Assembly: GCA_934098455.1 (NCBI GenBank)
Contig: CAKOOU010000001.1
Location: 1-58,630 of the forward strand
Source of the DNA: an uncultured Bacilli bacterium
Lineage (GTDB): Bacteria; Bacillota_I; Bacilli_A; RF39; UBA660
Direction of reading: 5' to 3'
DNA: 58,630 nucleotides
The notes under the pieces were generated by a model. It did no database searches, was not told where the DNA came from, and was given only the letters and a program-made list of their open reading frames with translations. Positions 39,492-48,321 of the stretch are shown piece after piece (the first letter of the stretch is position 1; each line of letters opens with the position of its first letter). The position numbers and the translations under genes are program-made.

Positions 39492-40973
39492 CTATTTTAT
39501 AATGAAAGCCATTACTATAATAACTACTAACATAGCTACTAAGAACTTCCAAATATATTTCATCCAATCTTTATATGGAATATCTAAATAACTTAAACCA
39601 ACTAATAACATAGCACTAGATGGAGCAACAAATGAAGCTAAACCATATGTAGATTGTAAAATCATTGAAACAACGCTTAAATTACTTGCATATTTAGTAG
39701 TAAAGAATGAATATACTAAATTAACTGTATATTGATATTCACTAGTAAATAATCCTGTAATTAAACCAGATATTGTAGTAGTAAATACATTAAATTTAGA
39801 ACCTAACATCTTACCAATTACTGTTGGAATAACTGGATACATTACAGCAAATTCAAGTATTACATAAGCAAGTAATAATACAACAACTAATTTACTAGCT
39901 TTCTTAAATCCTTCAGCAAAAGATTCAATAGTATCATTAATACTTACTTTATAACAAATTTGAAGAATTATTATAGCTAATACCATGACTACTTGAACAC
40001 CAAATATATCCCAAGAACCAAATTCATTTACATTACCAAGTAAATATCCAAAAATAGTATGTCCAAATACTTTAGCACCAGTAACCCATTCAGTTGCTTT
40101 AGTAAACCATTCAACTTTAAATACACTAGTCCATGGTAAGTAAGCAAGAACAACAGTTATTATAGCTAAAACACCAACTATAATTAAAGGAATAGTATTT
40201 GCTTTTTCACTATTTTTTACTTTATTAGCAAATAAATCAGTTTCAGCTTTTACTTCAACTACTTCTTCTTTTTTAGTTTCTTCTTTAGCATTCTTTTTCT
40301 TACTATCTTTCTTAGTTTCTTTTTTACTAGATGCTTTACTATCTTTCTTAACATTTAATAAATATCTAACATTAAATAAGCTGTAAATAGCAAAAGCTAA
40401 AACAAATAATATTATTTTTTCTAATAAATGAGTAGTATAACTTTGACTCAAATATTGAACATTCATTCCCATAACTTTAGCACTTATAGTAGAACCTAAT
40501 ATACCTACTAACATAGCACCAAATGTCATAACAAATGAACTAATCTTATTCATATTTAATTTAGAACAAATAGTAATAACAAATGGCATAAATGCAACTA
40601 ATATTAAATATTCATTTAACATACTTGCAAGTGCAGCAAATAAGAAACTAACTATTAAAGAGAATAATATTTCTTTTCCTTTCCATCTTTTACTAATCTT
40701 GTCAGTTAACTTTTGATAGGCTCCAAGTTTAGATAAGAATTGATAAAATGCACCAGTAACAAATAAGAAAGTAACAAGTACTGTAAAGTAATACATTCCT
40801 AAAAGTCCATAAGTCACAAAATCAAATAAACCTATTCTTGTAATTTCACCTTTAGTTAACTCACCAGCATTAAAATAACCTTGAGGAATAATCCATGTTA
40901 ATAATAAAGTAAAGATTATCATACATAAAGCTATTTTAACTAAATCGTGTTTTTCAAAAAACTTTTTCATCAT
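39492..40973 (-). CDS. Polytopic membrane transporter (YfcC/DcuC-like) with a Lys/Glu-rich cytoplasmic insert
   Basis: At least 10 TM helices. Insert KKDSKASSKKETKKDSKKKNAKEETKKEE. Confidence 0.5.
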   Translation of the reverse strand: MMKKFFEKHDLVKIALCMIIFTLLLTWIIPQGYFNAGELTKGEITRIGLFDFVTYGLLGMYYFTVLVTFLFVTGAFYQFLSKLGAYQKLTDKISKRWKGKEILFSLIVSFLFAALASMLNEYLILVAFMPFVITICSKLNMNKISSFVMTFGAMLVGILGSTISAKVMGMNVQYLSQSYTTHLLEKIILFVLAFAIYSLFNVRYLLNVKKDSKASSKKETKKDSKKKNAKEETKKEEVVEVKAETDLFANKVKNSEKANTIPLIIVGVLAIITVVLAYLPWTSVFKVEWFTKATEWVTGAKVFGHTIFGYLLGNVNEFGSWDIFGVQVVMVLAIIILQICYKVSINDTIESFAEGFKKASKLVVVLLLAYVILEFAVMYPVIPTVIGKMLGSKFNVFTTTISGLITGLFTSEYQYTVNLVYSFFTTKYASNLSVVSMILQSTYGLASFVAPSSAMLLVGLSYLDIPYKDWMKYIWKFLVAMLVVIIVMAFIIK

Positions 40974-41051
40974 CTAACCTCCTCAAGATAATTATAGCAT
41001 AAAATAACAGAATGCAAGCGTTTTTCTCCAAAATTTCACAATTTTTTCAAG

Positions 41052-41097
41052 AAAAAATAACAACTTATCAAAAAATGTTATTTTTATTTTATTAAAT
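41052..41097. repeat. Copy A of a repeated hairpin element at the 3' end of minus-strand cassettes
   Basis: aaaaaataacaacttatcaaaaaatgttatttttattttattaaat. The stem is aaaaataaca/tgttattttt. Related copies lie at 44092..44137 and 45293..45333. Confidence 0.7.
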
Positions 41098-41617
41098 CTA
41101 TAAGATATTTTTCATCATTATTATGTTTTTTTAATTTTTTATACTCCTTTAAATTATTTATTAAACAAGAAATACGCTTACCACCATAATACATTTTTAA
41201 AAATTCATTTGATTGATTATATCTTATTTTATTATAAATTATATTTCTCTTAGCAAAAGTTTTAGGTTTCTTTTCACCAGATTTAATAAATTGTTTATAC
41301 ATACCTTCATTAATAATTAATAAAATTTCTAATTCTGGTAAAGTACAATATTTAATAATTCTATCTTTAGAAACAATATGTTTTAATTCATTAGGTATTG
41401 AAAATCTATCCCTTTGAGTATCTCCAATTCTCAAAACTGTTACGGGTTTATTATATGTAGTTAAATGAGAAATAATAGTTGGATTAGATAACTGTTTTAC
41501 GTTAAATGGAACTAAGTTTATCAAATCTTCCTTTTTTATTTTAAGTTTATTACTTTCTAACAATAAATTAATCAATGTTAATTCATTACTGCCTTCACAC
41601 AAAATCAAATATTTCAT
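41084..41617 (-). CDS. Small RloB/DUF4276-like (TOPRIM-like?) protein, partner of the upstream AAA ATPase
   Basis: The N-terminus MKYLILCEGSNELTLINLLLE has the hydrophobic-strand + EG + acidic pattern of RloB/DUF4276/OLD-TOPRIM proteins. It lies 3 nt downstream of the ATPase gene. Confidence 0.4.
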   Translation of the reverse strand: MKYLILCEGSNELTLINLLLESNKLKIKKEDLINLVPFNVKQLSNPTIISHLTTYNKPVTVLRIGDTQRDRFSIPNELKHIVSKDRIIKYCTLPELEILLIINEGMYKQFIKSGEKKPKTFAKRNIIYNKIRYNQSNEFLKMYYGGKRISCLINNLKEYKKLKKHNNDEKYLIDLIK

Positions 41618-41620
41618 AAA

Positions 41621-42754
41621 TTACATTAATTCTTTCTTAAAATTCATCAATGATTCATAATTAACTCCAGTATCAAATGCATTATTATAAAACTTTTTAC
41701 TCTTAGATAATTCTGGTCTAAAATTATAATCTTTATATACATTTTCCAATTTAATTTTATTATCATATTTTGTTATATAAATATTATCACTTCTATTAAA
41801 TAAATCTAATAATTCACAATAATGAGTAGTAAAAATTAATGTAGCATTTTTTTTATTAACACTTTTATCTTTAAATAAATTAACTAAATATTGTACTAAA
41901 GTTTTATGAAAATGATTTTCTATTTCATCAACAATTAAATCAGAACCAGTTATCAATGAATGTAATACTAATGTAAATAAATTAAAACCTTTAGTTGTAC
42001 CACTTGATAATATATGATATAGTTCCATACCAGATACTTCTTTAGTTTCTTTATTTGCATAATACATTATGTATTTATTTTCGCCTATCATTTTTATGTT
42101 ATCCAAATGTTCATCAAGTATTTTTAATATAAGTTCTGTTAATTTATCCCCATTATCAATAGCCTTATAAAAATCAAAAGTTAAAGAATAATCACCAAAA
42201 TTATTTTCATCACTATCAAAATATACTCCCCTTATTTTTATTTTATTCAATATTCCATATAACATAGATGTATCTTCAGGCAAATCAAAATTAATATGCA
42301 TTTCTTCATATTTATCATAATCAAACAAATTTTTTGAATAAGATTTATAATATATTCTTCTAAATAATTTTTCATTTTTAAATATAATAGTTTGATTAAT
42401 AGAGTCAGTTGAAGGTACTAAATCAGTAATGTATCTATACAAATAACCTTCATGATAAAAAGTAATATCTAAATTAATGATTTTATTCCATAACATAAAC
42501 AATTTTGCCATGCTTCTAACTCTAAAAAATGAAAATATATCATAAACCAATGCTAATAAATCAGTAACACTAGTTTTACCAGAAGCGTTTTTACCAATTA
42601 TACTCATTGTTGTAAAAACAAATAAATTATCATCTATTTCATGTAATTCAAATTCTTTATCATCATGAGTTTTATTAGCTTCTGGAACAAAAGAAATTGT
42701 AAAATTATCTTCACACAATTTAAAATTATTTGCAACTATTTTTAAAATTTTCAT
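41621..42754 (-). CDS. AAA_15/AAA_21-type (ABC/SMC-like) ATPase
   Basis: Walker A GKNASGKTS, signature-like LSSGTTKG, Walker B LIVDEIENHFH and H-loop FTTHY. Confidence 0.7.
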   Translation of the reverse strand: MKILKIVANNFKLCEDNFTISFVPEANKTHDDKEFELHEIDDNLFVFTTMSIIGKNASGKTSVTDLLALVYDIFSFFRVRSMAKLFMLWNKIINLDITFYHEGYLYRYITDLVPSTDSINQTIIFKNEKLFRRIYYKSYSKNLFDYDKYEEMHINFDLPEDTSMLYGILNKIKIRGVYFDSDENNFGDYSLTFDFYKAIDNGDKLTELILKILDEHLDNIKMIGENKYIMYYANKETKEVSGMELYHILSSGTTKGFNLFTLVLHSLITGSDLIVDEIENHFHKTLVQYLVNLFKDKSVNKKNATLIFTTHYCELLDLFNRSDNIYITKYDNKIKLENVYKDYNFRPELSKSKKFYNNAFDTGVNYESLMNFKKELM

Positions 42755-42840
42755 AATAACATCCCCTTCTCTAATAGTATTATATCATATTTCATTTTAA
42801 AAAATACATTTTTTTTGTTTTTTTGAAAATAATTTATATT

Positions 42841-42869
42841 ATTTTATGCTAATGATAACAAAAAGTCAA
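42841..42869 (-). promoter_or_regulatory. Candidate sigma-70-type promoter of the ATPase pair
   Basis: The minus strand reads TTGACT-17 nt-TAAAAT, about 85 nt upstream of ATG 42754. Confidence 0.4.
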
Positions 42870-43111
42870 CAAAATAACAAAAAAAAGAATACATTATATT
42901 CTTTAACAATAAATAATTTAACAATCAATCCAATTTTTAACAATACTTTTATAATAAAACATTTTATAATAAAATTAAATCAAGATAATAAATTTTATTC
43001 GAATTAATAAAAAAATTTTTACCATTGATTCAAATACTATTTTAATATATAATATAATTAAATTAATTTTGATATTAAAAAAATAATGGTTTTAACATGC
43101 AAAAAAATATG

Positions 43112-43140
43112 TTGACAAACCAAATTATATTGTTTATAAT
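43112..43140 (+). promoter_or_regulatory. Consensus sigma-70-type promoter
   Basis: TTGACA (43112..43117), a 17 nt spacer, then TATAAT (43135..43140), about 245 nt upstream of the 43386 ORF. Confidence 0.6.
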
Positions 43141-43240
43141 AAGTTCACTAAATTAGTTATTGCATTTGTTTACATTTACATAACATATTGTATAACAATT
43201 TATGTAATATATTATGCAAAATAGTAGTATAATATTAATG

Positions 43241-43372
43241 ACGGGAGTTGGTAGTCCCAGCCTAGCTTCGGCGACCTTTATGGTAAAACAAAAAATTGAA
43301 GAACACTTTGCCTAATACTAATTAGGCTTCTACCAAAGAACTTATCTTTTTGTGGTAAGTTCTTTTCAATTT
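43241..43372 (+). ncRNA. Structured, locally GC-rich 5' leader / cis-regulatory RNA of unknown class
   Basis: GACGGGAGTTGGTAGTCCCAGCCTAGCTTCGGCGACC stands out from a flanking sequence that is mostly A+T. Possible pairings: TTGGTAG (43248..43254) with CTACCAA (43330..43336); hairpin GCCTAA-tacta-TTAGGC (43310..43327); 10 bp hairpin AAAGAACTTA/TAAGTTCTTT (43336..43367) followed by a T-rich tail just before AGGAGG. Confidence 0.4.
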
Positions 43373-43385
43373 AGGAGGCAAATAG

Positions 43386-43967
43386 ATGGTAGAAACATTA
43401 ATTGATACATTTGAAGAACTAAAAAAATATATTTTTATTATTAATCGAAATGACAAAGATATAATGATTGTAAAATTTCAAAATAGTAATTTTTATCATT
43501 TAGTCGGCTTACATAAAATAAAAAATTTTGATAATTACTTTCCAAATTATATAAAATCCAAGGATAAGCAATATAAATATATTAAAAAGAATACAAAAAA
43601 ATTTAACAACATTTTAGAAAATCAATTAAAAGAAAAAGACACATTATCTTTAAGAGTAAAAACATTTTCAAATATATTAGATTTATTAAAAAACAATAAT
43701 GCATCTCTTTACAATTTAAAACCAAAAACTCAATATTCATTATATGATGGAGACTATGGGCTTATGAAAATGTATGAAAAAGACATATGTTGCTTATTAG
43801 GATTAAAAGTGGATGAAAAGAATAATAATATTACTAATTGTATACCAAATAGTTGGATGGCTAGTAAACGTATAAATAAACTAGTAGAATTTAAAAGACC
43901 AATTTTCATAAAAAATATCTCTTATATACCCATGTCATTATATAACCCCGATGAAATTCTTTTTTAA
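43386..43967 (+). CDS. Orphan 193 aa protein; weak resemblance to barnase/EndoU/RelE-like (PBECR-type) nuclease families
   Basis: AGGAGG lies 7 nt upstream of the ATG. The motif FYHLVGLHKI is reminiscent of PBECR-type nucleases, but this is an impression only. It is the only plus-strand gene in this block. Confidence 0.35.
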   Translation: MVETLIDTFEELKKYIFIINRNDKDIMIVKFQNSNFYHLVGLHKIKNFDNYFPNYIKSKDKQYKYIKKNTKKFNNILENQLKEKDTLSLRVKTFSNILDLLKNNNASLYNLKPKTQYSLYDGDYGLMKMYEKDICCLLGLKVDEKNNNITNCIPNSWMASKRINKLVEFKRPIFIKNISYIPMSLYNPDEILF

Positions 43968-44030
43968 AAATACCAAACAAAATCTTCTTGTATTATTGTA
44001 ATACTTAGAAAATTTTTTTATTTACGGGCA

Positions 44031-44137
44031 TAAATATAATTTGTTATCAACCAAACTAAATTAAGAGTAATTAATTTAATAAACAATTCATAAAAAATAA
44101 CAACTTATCAAAAATCGTTATTTTTATTTCATTAAAT
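44031..44137. repeat. Copy B (long form, approx. 105 bp) of the repeated cassette-border element
   Basis: ...aagagtaattaatttaataaacaattcataaaaaataacaacttatcaaaaatcgttatttttatttcattaaat aligns with 45235..45333 at roughly 85 percent identity by eye. Confidence 0.7.
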
Positions 44138-44144
44138 AATAGTT

Positions 44145-45017
44145 CTAACAACCAATCCAATTTTCAACAACACTTTTTGGAACATTCATATTTCCATACC
44201 CAATTCCTACTTTTCTATCAGGTTTCTTATCACCATGACAATCGGTTCCAGCAGACATATATAGATTATTTTTTTCACAATATGCTTTTACAAATTCAAT
44301 CTCATCTTCAGTAAATTTAGAATAGTAGGTTTCTATACCATCTATTATATTTTCATTAACCAAACTATCTAAATATTCTTCATAATTTCTAAGCGGATAA
44401 GTAAATAAATGAGCTAAAAAAACTTTACCGCCTAATTTTCTTATTTCTTCTGAAACCACTTTTGCATTCGGAGTTTGATAAGAAAAATCTATATATAATG
44501 GAAAATCTATATTGCAAGTACAACACCTAAAGAAATGATCTATATCATTCCATTCTCTTTCTGTAAAAAATTTCTTATTTTCAGGATACTTTTTTATAGA
44601 TTCAAAAATATAATCTATAGGCCATCCCATACCTTCTTTATAATCAATATCATCTACCTTTATATTATTTTTATAACATGCTTTCATTAATAAATTAAAT
44701 TCCTCCACTAAATTTGGTTTCTTCTTTTCCACATTATAAATTTTATTTATCCATTTATCCATTTCTCTAACATTAAAATTGTAACCTAAAAGTTCTATTT
44801 TTGCATTGTTAAAAACACAATTAAATTCTGCACCAGTTATTATTTTACCTTTAAAGCAATCAGAATAATCCCTATTTTCTAATTCTAAATGTGCTCCAAC
44901 TGTATCATGATCCGTAATTGCTATTATTTCCACATTATTCTTTTGTGCCTCTTCTAATAATTTTTTAACTTCCCATGTACCATCCGAATATTTTGTATGT
45001 GTATGTAAATCAATCAT
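44145..45017 (-). CDS. PHP-domain metal-dependent phosphoesterase
   Basis: IDLHTHTKYSDG, AITDHD and GTDCHG motifs. Confidence 0.8.
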   Translation of the reverse strand: MIDLHTHTKYSDGTWEVKKLLEEAQKNNVEIIAITDHDTVGAHLELENRDYSDCFKGKIITGAEFNCVFNNAKIELLGYNFNVREMDKWINKIYNVEKKKPNLVEEFNLLMKACYKNNIKVDDIDYKEGMGWPIDYIFESIKKYPENKKFFTEREWNDIDHFFRCCTCNIDFPLYIDFSYQTPNAKVVSEEIRKLGGKVFLAHLFTYPLRNYEEYLDSLVNENIIDGIETYYSKFTEDEIEFVKAYCEKNNLYMSAGTDCHGDKKPDRKVGIGYGNMNVPKSVVENWIGC

Positions 45018-45131
45018 TTTATTTCAATCCTTTCTTATTTGCATAAATTTTTAATTTCTATACTACTTTTATTATAAAATATCATTTGTTATAAAAATCA
45101 TAGTTTCATTACTTTGTACATTCATACGGAC

Positions 45132-45160
45132 ATTATAGCATTTATCCGTATCATTGTAAA
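45132..45160 (-). promoter_or_regulatory. Candidate promoter of the PHP gene
   Basis: The minus strand reads TTTACA-17 nt-TATAAT with TG at the extended -10 position. The -10 lies in the loop of the hairpin atacgga/tccgtat. Confidence 0.4.
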
Positions 45161-45234
45161 AACATATAACCAAACTCCTATATGCATTAAAACACTATAA
45201 CAAAACATTTTGTAAGAAAATTAAATTAATATAA

Positions 45235-45333
45235 TAAATGCAATTTATTATCAATAAAGTAAACAAGAGTAATTAATTTAATAAACAGTTCACAAAAAAT
45301 AACGACTTATCAAAAATCGTTATTTTCATTATT
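45235..45333. repeat. Copy C (long form) of the repeated cassette-border element; its distal part forms the last codons of the 188 aa gene
   Basis: See copy B. The stem here is aaaataacga/tcgttatttt, a compensatory change relative to copy A (aaca/tgtt). Confidence 0.7.
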
Positions 45334-45876
45334 TATAATTCTCAACACTTCATCTCTAAACTCAGGATAAAGTTCATAAAATTTATCGATTTTAAATCCA
45401 TTTTTATACCATTTAACTACCTTAGGAATTAAATCACTGTTATCAAGTGGAACATCATCAGGTCTATTAGGATATAAATATAATTTAATTAATCCTTCTT
45501 TATCTAATTTTACTAATTCATCATAAATATTTTTAACATAGTATGAAGAAACAACTTTTTCTTCTCTATCACTAACAACTTCAGCACTCCAACTTGTCTT
45601 TCCACTTTTAAAATTATCAGATTTTAATTTATATATATACCCATCATAATTAAATATTTTTTTTAACATTCCTTCTTTTCTTTCTACTAAAAGAACATCA
45701 CTTGTAATTCCATTCCCAGATAAATAGTAATAATAATCACTATGAAGTGGTGATAAAAATATAGTTGCGATTGCTCTCGAAGGGGTAACATAAACCCAAT
45801 CATTTAAATGAGTACTTTTATGAGGTTTTATAACTTTTAAATTTGAAATATTACTTCCATGATAAACATAGTTCAT
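45310..45876 (-). CDS. Hypothetical 188 aa protein with N-terminal YHGS motif (possible divergent ADP-ribosyltransferase-fold/DUF3990-like)
   Basis: MNYVYHGSNISNLKVIKP...WVYVTPSRAIATIF resembles the YHGS...hYhT...A layout of DUF3990/H-Y-E ART-like families. This is a weak assignment. Confidence 0.3.
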   Translation of the reverse strand: MNYVYHGSNISNLKVIKPHKSTHLNDWVYVTPSRAIATIFLSPLHSDYYYYLSGNGITSDVLLVERKEGMLKKIFNYDGYIYKLKSDNFKSGKTSWSAEVVSDREEKVVSSYYVKNIYDELVKLDKEGLIKLYLYPNRPDDVPLDNSDLIPKVVKWYKNGFKIDKFYELYPEFRDEVLRIINNENNDF

Positions 45877-45890
45877 ACAATCTACCTATA

Positions 45891-48320
45891 CTAATCCAAA
45901 TCATGTCTAGATAATATACTAGCAGGTCTACGCCTTATAGTATTAAATACTGGTATTAAACCAATTATTAAATTAAAAATATAAACAAATATAATACTTA
46001 ATAAAACAATTCTAAAATTAACTAAGAAATATTTACTTAAAAATTTAATATTACTTAATACTTTCAAAATATAACTAGCTAAAATAATACCAGGTACACT
46101 AGCAATAGTTGTAATAGCTATTATCTCTCCATAAAACATTCTATATATATCACTTTTCTTAACACCAATTGCTCTATATATACCAACACTCTTTACTCTA
46201 GATAAGAAAGAAGCTCTAATCATCAAAAATACTTCAACTAAAGATATAATAAGTATTACACCAGATACCAATAAAGTAGTATTAACTCTTTCCTTATTAC
46301 CTTCAATATATTTCTTTCTACTAACACTATAACTATCTTCTATATTTAATCCCATATCTCTAAATTCATTTATAGTTTTATCCTTATCTTTACTAACTAA
46401 AACCAAATCTTTAGACTTACTAATTAAATCGTATTTAACAGTATTATTATTAACCAAGAAAGCATCCATATTATCTTTACTAAAATAATATCCAACAACT
46501 AATAATTTTTTATCATTTACTTTAGTATCAATATATTTATTTAGAGGCATTGTATCACTATTCTTTATATTAACAATTACTTCATAATCATTAACAGGAT
46601 AATTACCTTTCTTTAACTCAATATCATTTACTTCTAAATTATAATCATATATTTTTTGATTACCAATTTCTTCTTCGCTAATATACATATTAGTATCATT
46701 ATTTTTAGTGTTAGATAAAACATTAATAAAATTACTTCTATTCATATAAATGGATGGGCTTCCTAAATCAACTATACCTACTATAACAAAAGCATCCATT
46801 GTATCTATTTTTATTTCTCTACCTATCATATCACTAACATTTTTAATACCAATCATATTAGCATATCCAGTTTCATCAAACATAGAAAGTATACTTCTTT
46901 TATCAACTACAACTTCATTCATTTCTTTAGGCATATTTCCATATACTATATCACTATCTTTAATTAAATTAATATCAGATAAAGATCCACTCAAAATATC
47001 TTTAATATTTATTGATTGATAATAATCGTTATAATTAACACTAAAATTAACAGAACTATTACCAGGCATTATATAATTTACACTATCTAAATTTTCATAT
47101 TTTAAATAATCATCTACTTTAATTTTATTCAAATTAACACTCAAATAATTTTTATTCATAGTAACAAAATCTTCATCTTTAACATTTATTGTAGATGCAA
47201 TACTAGATACACTATACATTATAAACATACCACTTAATATAAATCCAAGTAATAATAACTTCTTTAAAAAACTATAATCAAATACTTTTTTAAACCCATT
47301 TGTAATTAAACTAATAGGATTAAATATAGAACTATATCTTTTTTTCTTGCCATCATCTTTTAAATCAAAATTATATTTATCAATATCACTTTCTTGTATC
47401 TTTTTATAACTATCATTAATTAATTCTATATTAGAATCTTCATCAATAACTACAATGTTATCTCTACTCTTACTATTAACATATATATTACCATTCCTAA
47501 CAACTATATCTAATTTAATTTTATCTTTATCATCTAAATAAATATTTATCAACTTATCTTCATCTTTTATAACATCATGTTTATCAAAATCTTTTAAATA
47601 TATATTATTATCAATTGCATAATCTAAATCTTCTTTATCTTTATTAATATAATCTTTAACTATACTACCATCTTTTAATTCTATTATTCTATCTGCATAA
47701 AATTTTGCTAAATTAACTTCATGTGTCACTAATATAACTAATCTATCTTTACTAATAGATTTAATTATTTTCATAATTTCTAGTGAGTTTTTGCTATCTA
47801 AATTACCAGTTGGTTCATCTGCTAATATAATATTAGGATTTTTAACTAATGCTCTCGCAATACCAACTCTTTGTCTTTCTCCACCAGACAACATGTTAGC
47901 AGGACGTCTTTTATATCTTAACATTCCAACTTTATCTAAAACATATTCTACTCTATTCTTAACTTCATTTTTATCTTTAATACCAAGCATAGTTAAAACC
48001 AATGCTACATTATCAAAAACACTCATATTATCAACTAATTTATAATCTTGAAATATATATCCAATATTCAAATTTCTAATCTTATCAACTTTACCATCTA
48101 TTTTAGAACTAATCTTTTTACCATTAACATATATCTTACCACTTTTAATTTTATCTAATCCACCAATAGCATTTAAAAGTGTTGTCTTACCACATCCACT
48201 AGGTCCTAAAAGAGCAACTAAACCATTATCATTAAATTCTAAACTTATATTATTTATTACATGTATTTCATTCTTTCTATGTCTATTAAAATACTTATTA
48301 ACATTTTTTAAAGATAACAT
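45891..48320 (-). CDS. Fused ABC ATPase + FtsX/MacB-type permease
   Basis: GPSGCGKTT, LSGGERQRVGIARAL and ILADEPTGNLD, with C-terminal FtsX-like TM helices. Start moved to ATG 48320, which follows GGAGG. Confidence 0.85.
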   Translation of the reverse strand: MLSLKNVNKYFNRHRKNEIHVINNISLEFNDNGLVALLGPSGCGKTTLLNAIGGLDKIKSGKIYVNGKKISSKIDGKVDKIRNLNIGYIFQDYKLVDNMSVFDNVALVLTMLGIKDKNEVKNRVEYVLDKVGMLRYKRRPANMLSGGERQRVGIARALVKNPNIILADEPTGNLDSKNSLEIMKIIKSISKDRLVILVTHEVNLAKFYADRIIELKDGSIVKDYINKDKEDLDYAIDNNIYLKDFDKHDVIKDEDKLINIYLDDKDKIKLDIVVRNGNIYVNSKSRDNIVVIDEDSNIELINDSYKKIQESDIDKYNFDLKDDGKKKRYSSIFNPISLITNGFKKVFDYSFLKKLLLLGFILSGMFIMYSVSSIASTINVKDEDFVTMNKNYLSVNLNKIKVDDYLKYENLDSVNYIMPGNSSVNFSVNYNDYYQSINIKDILSGSLSDINLIKDSDIVYGNMPKEMNEVVVDKRSILSMFDETGYANMIGIKNVSDMIGREIKIDTMDAFVIVGIVDLGSPSIYMNRSNFINVLSNTKNNDTNMYISEEEIGNQKIYDYNLEVNDIELKKGNYPVNDYEVIVNIKNSDTMPLNKYIDTKVNDKKLLVVGYYFSKDNMDAFLVNNNTVKYDLISKSKDLVLVSKDKDKTINEFRDMGLNIEDSYSVSRKKYIEGNKERVNTTLLVSGVILIISLVEVFLMIRASFLSRVKSVGIYRAIGVKKSDIYRMFYGEIIAITTIASVPGIILASYILKVLSNIKFLSKYFLVNFRIVLLSIIFVYIFNLIIGLIPVFNTIRRRPASILSRHDLD

Positions 48321-48321
48321 A

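Noticed and set aside
43241-43275. GACGGGAGTTGGTAGTCCCAGCC as a tRNA/tmRNA gene or its 3' fragment (att remnant)
   Set aside because: It has a T-arm-like look (GGGA-loop-TCCC). However, the loop is not TTCGAAT-like, and there are no acceptor, D or anticodon arms and no CCA context. I kept it only as part of the structured leader. An att-remnant origin cannot be excluded.
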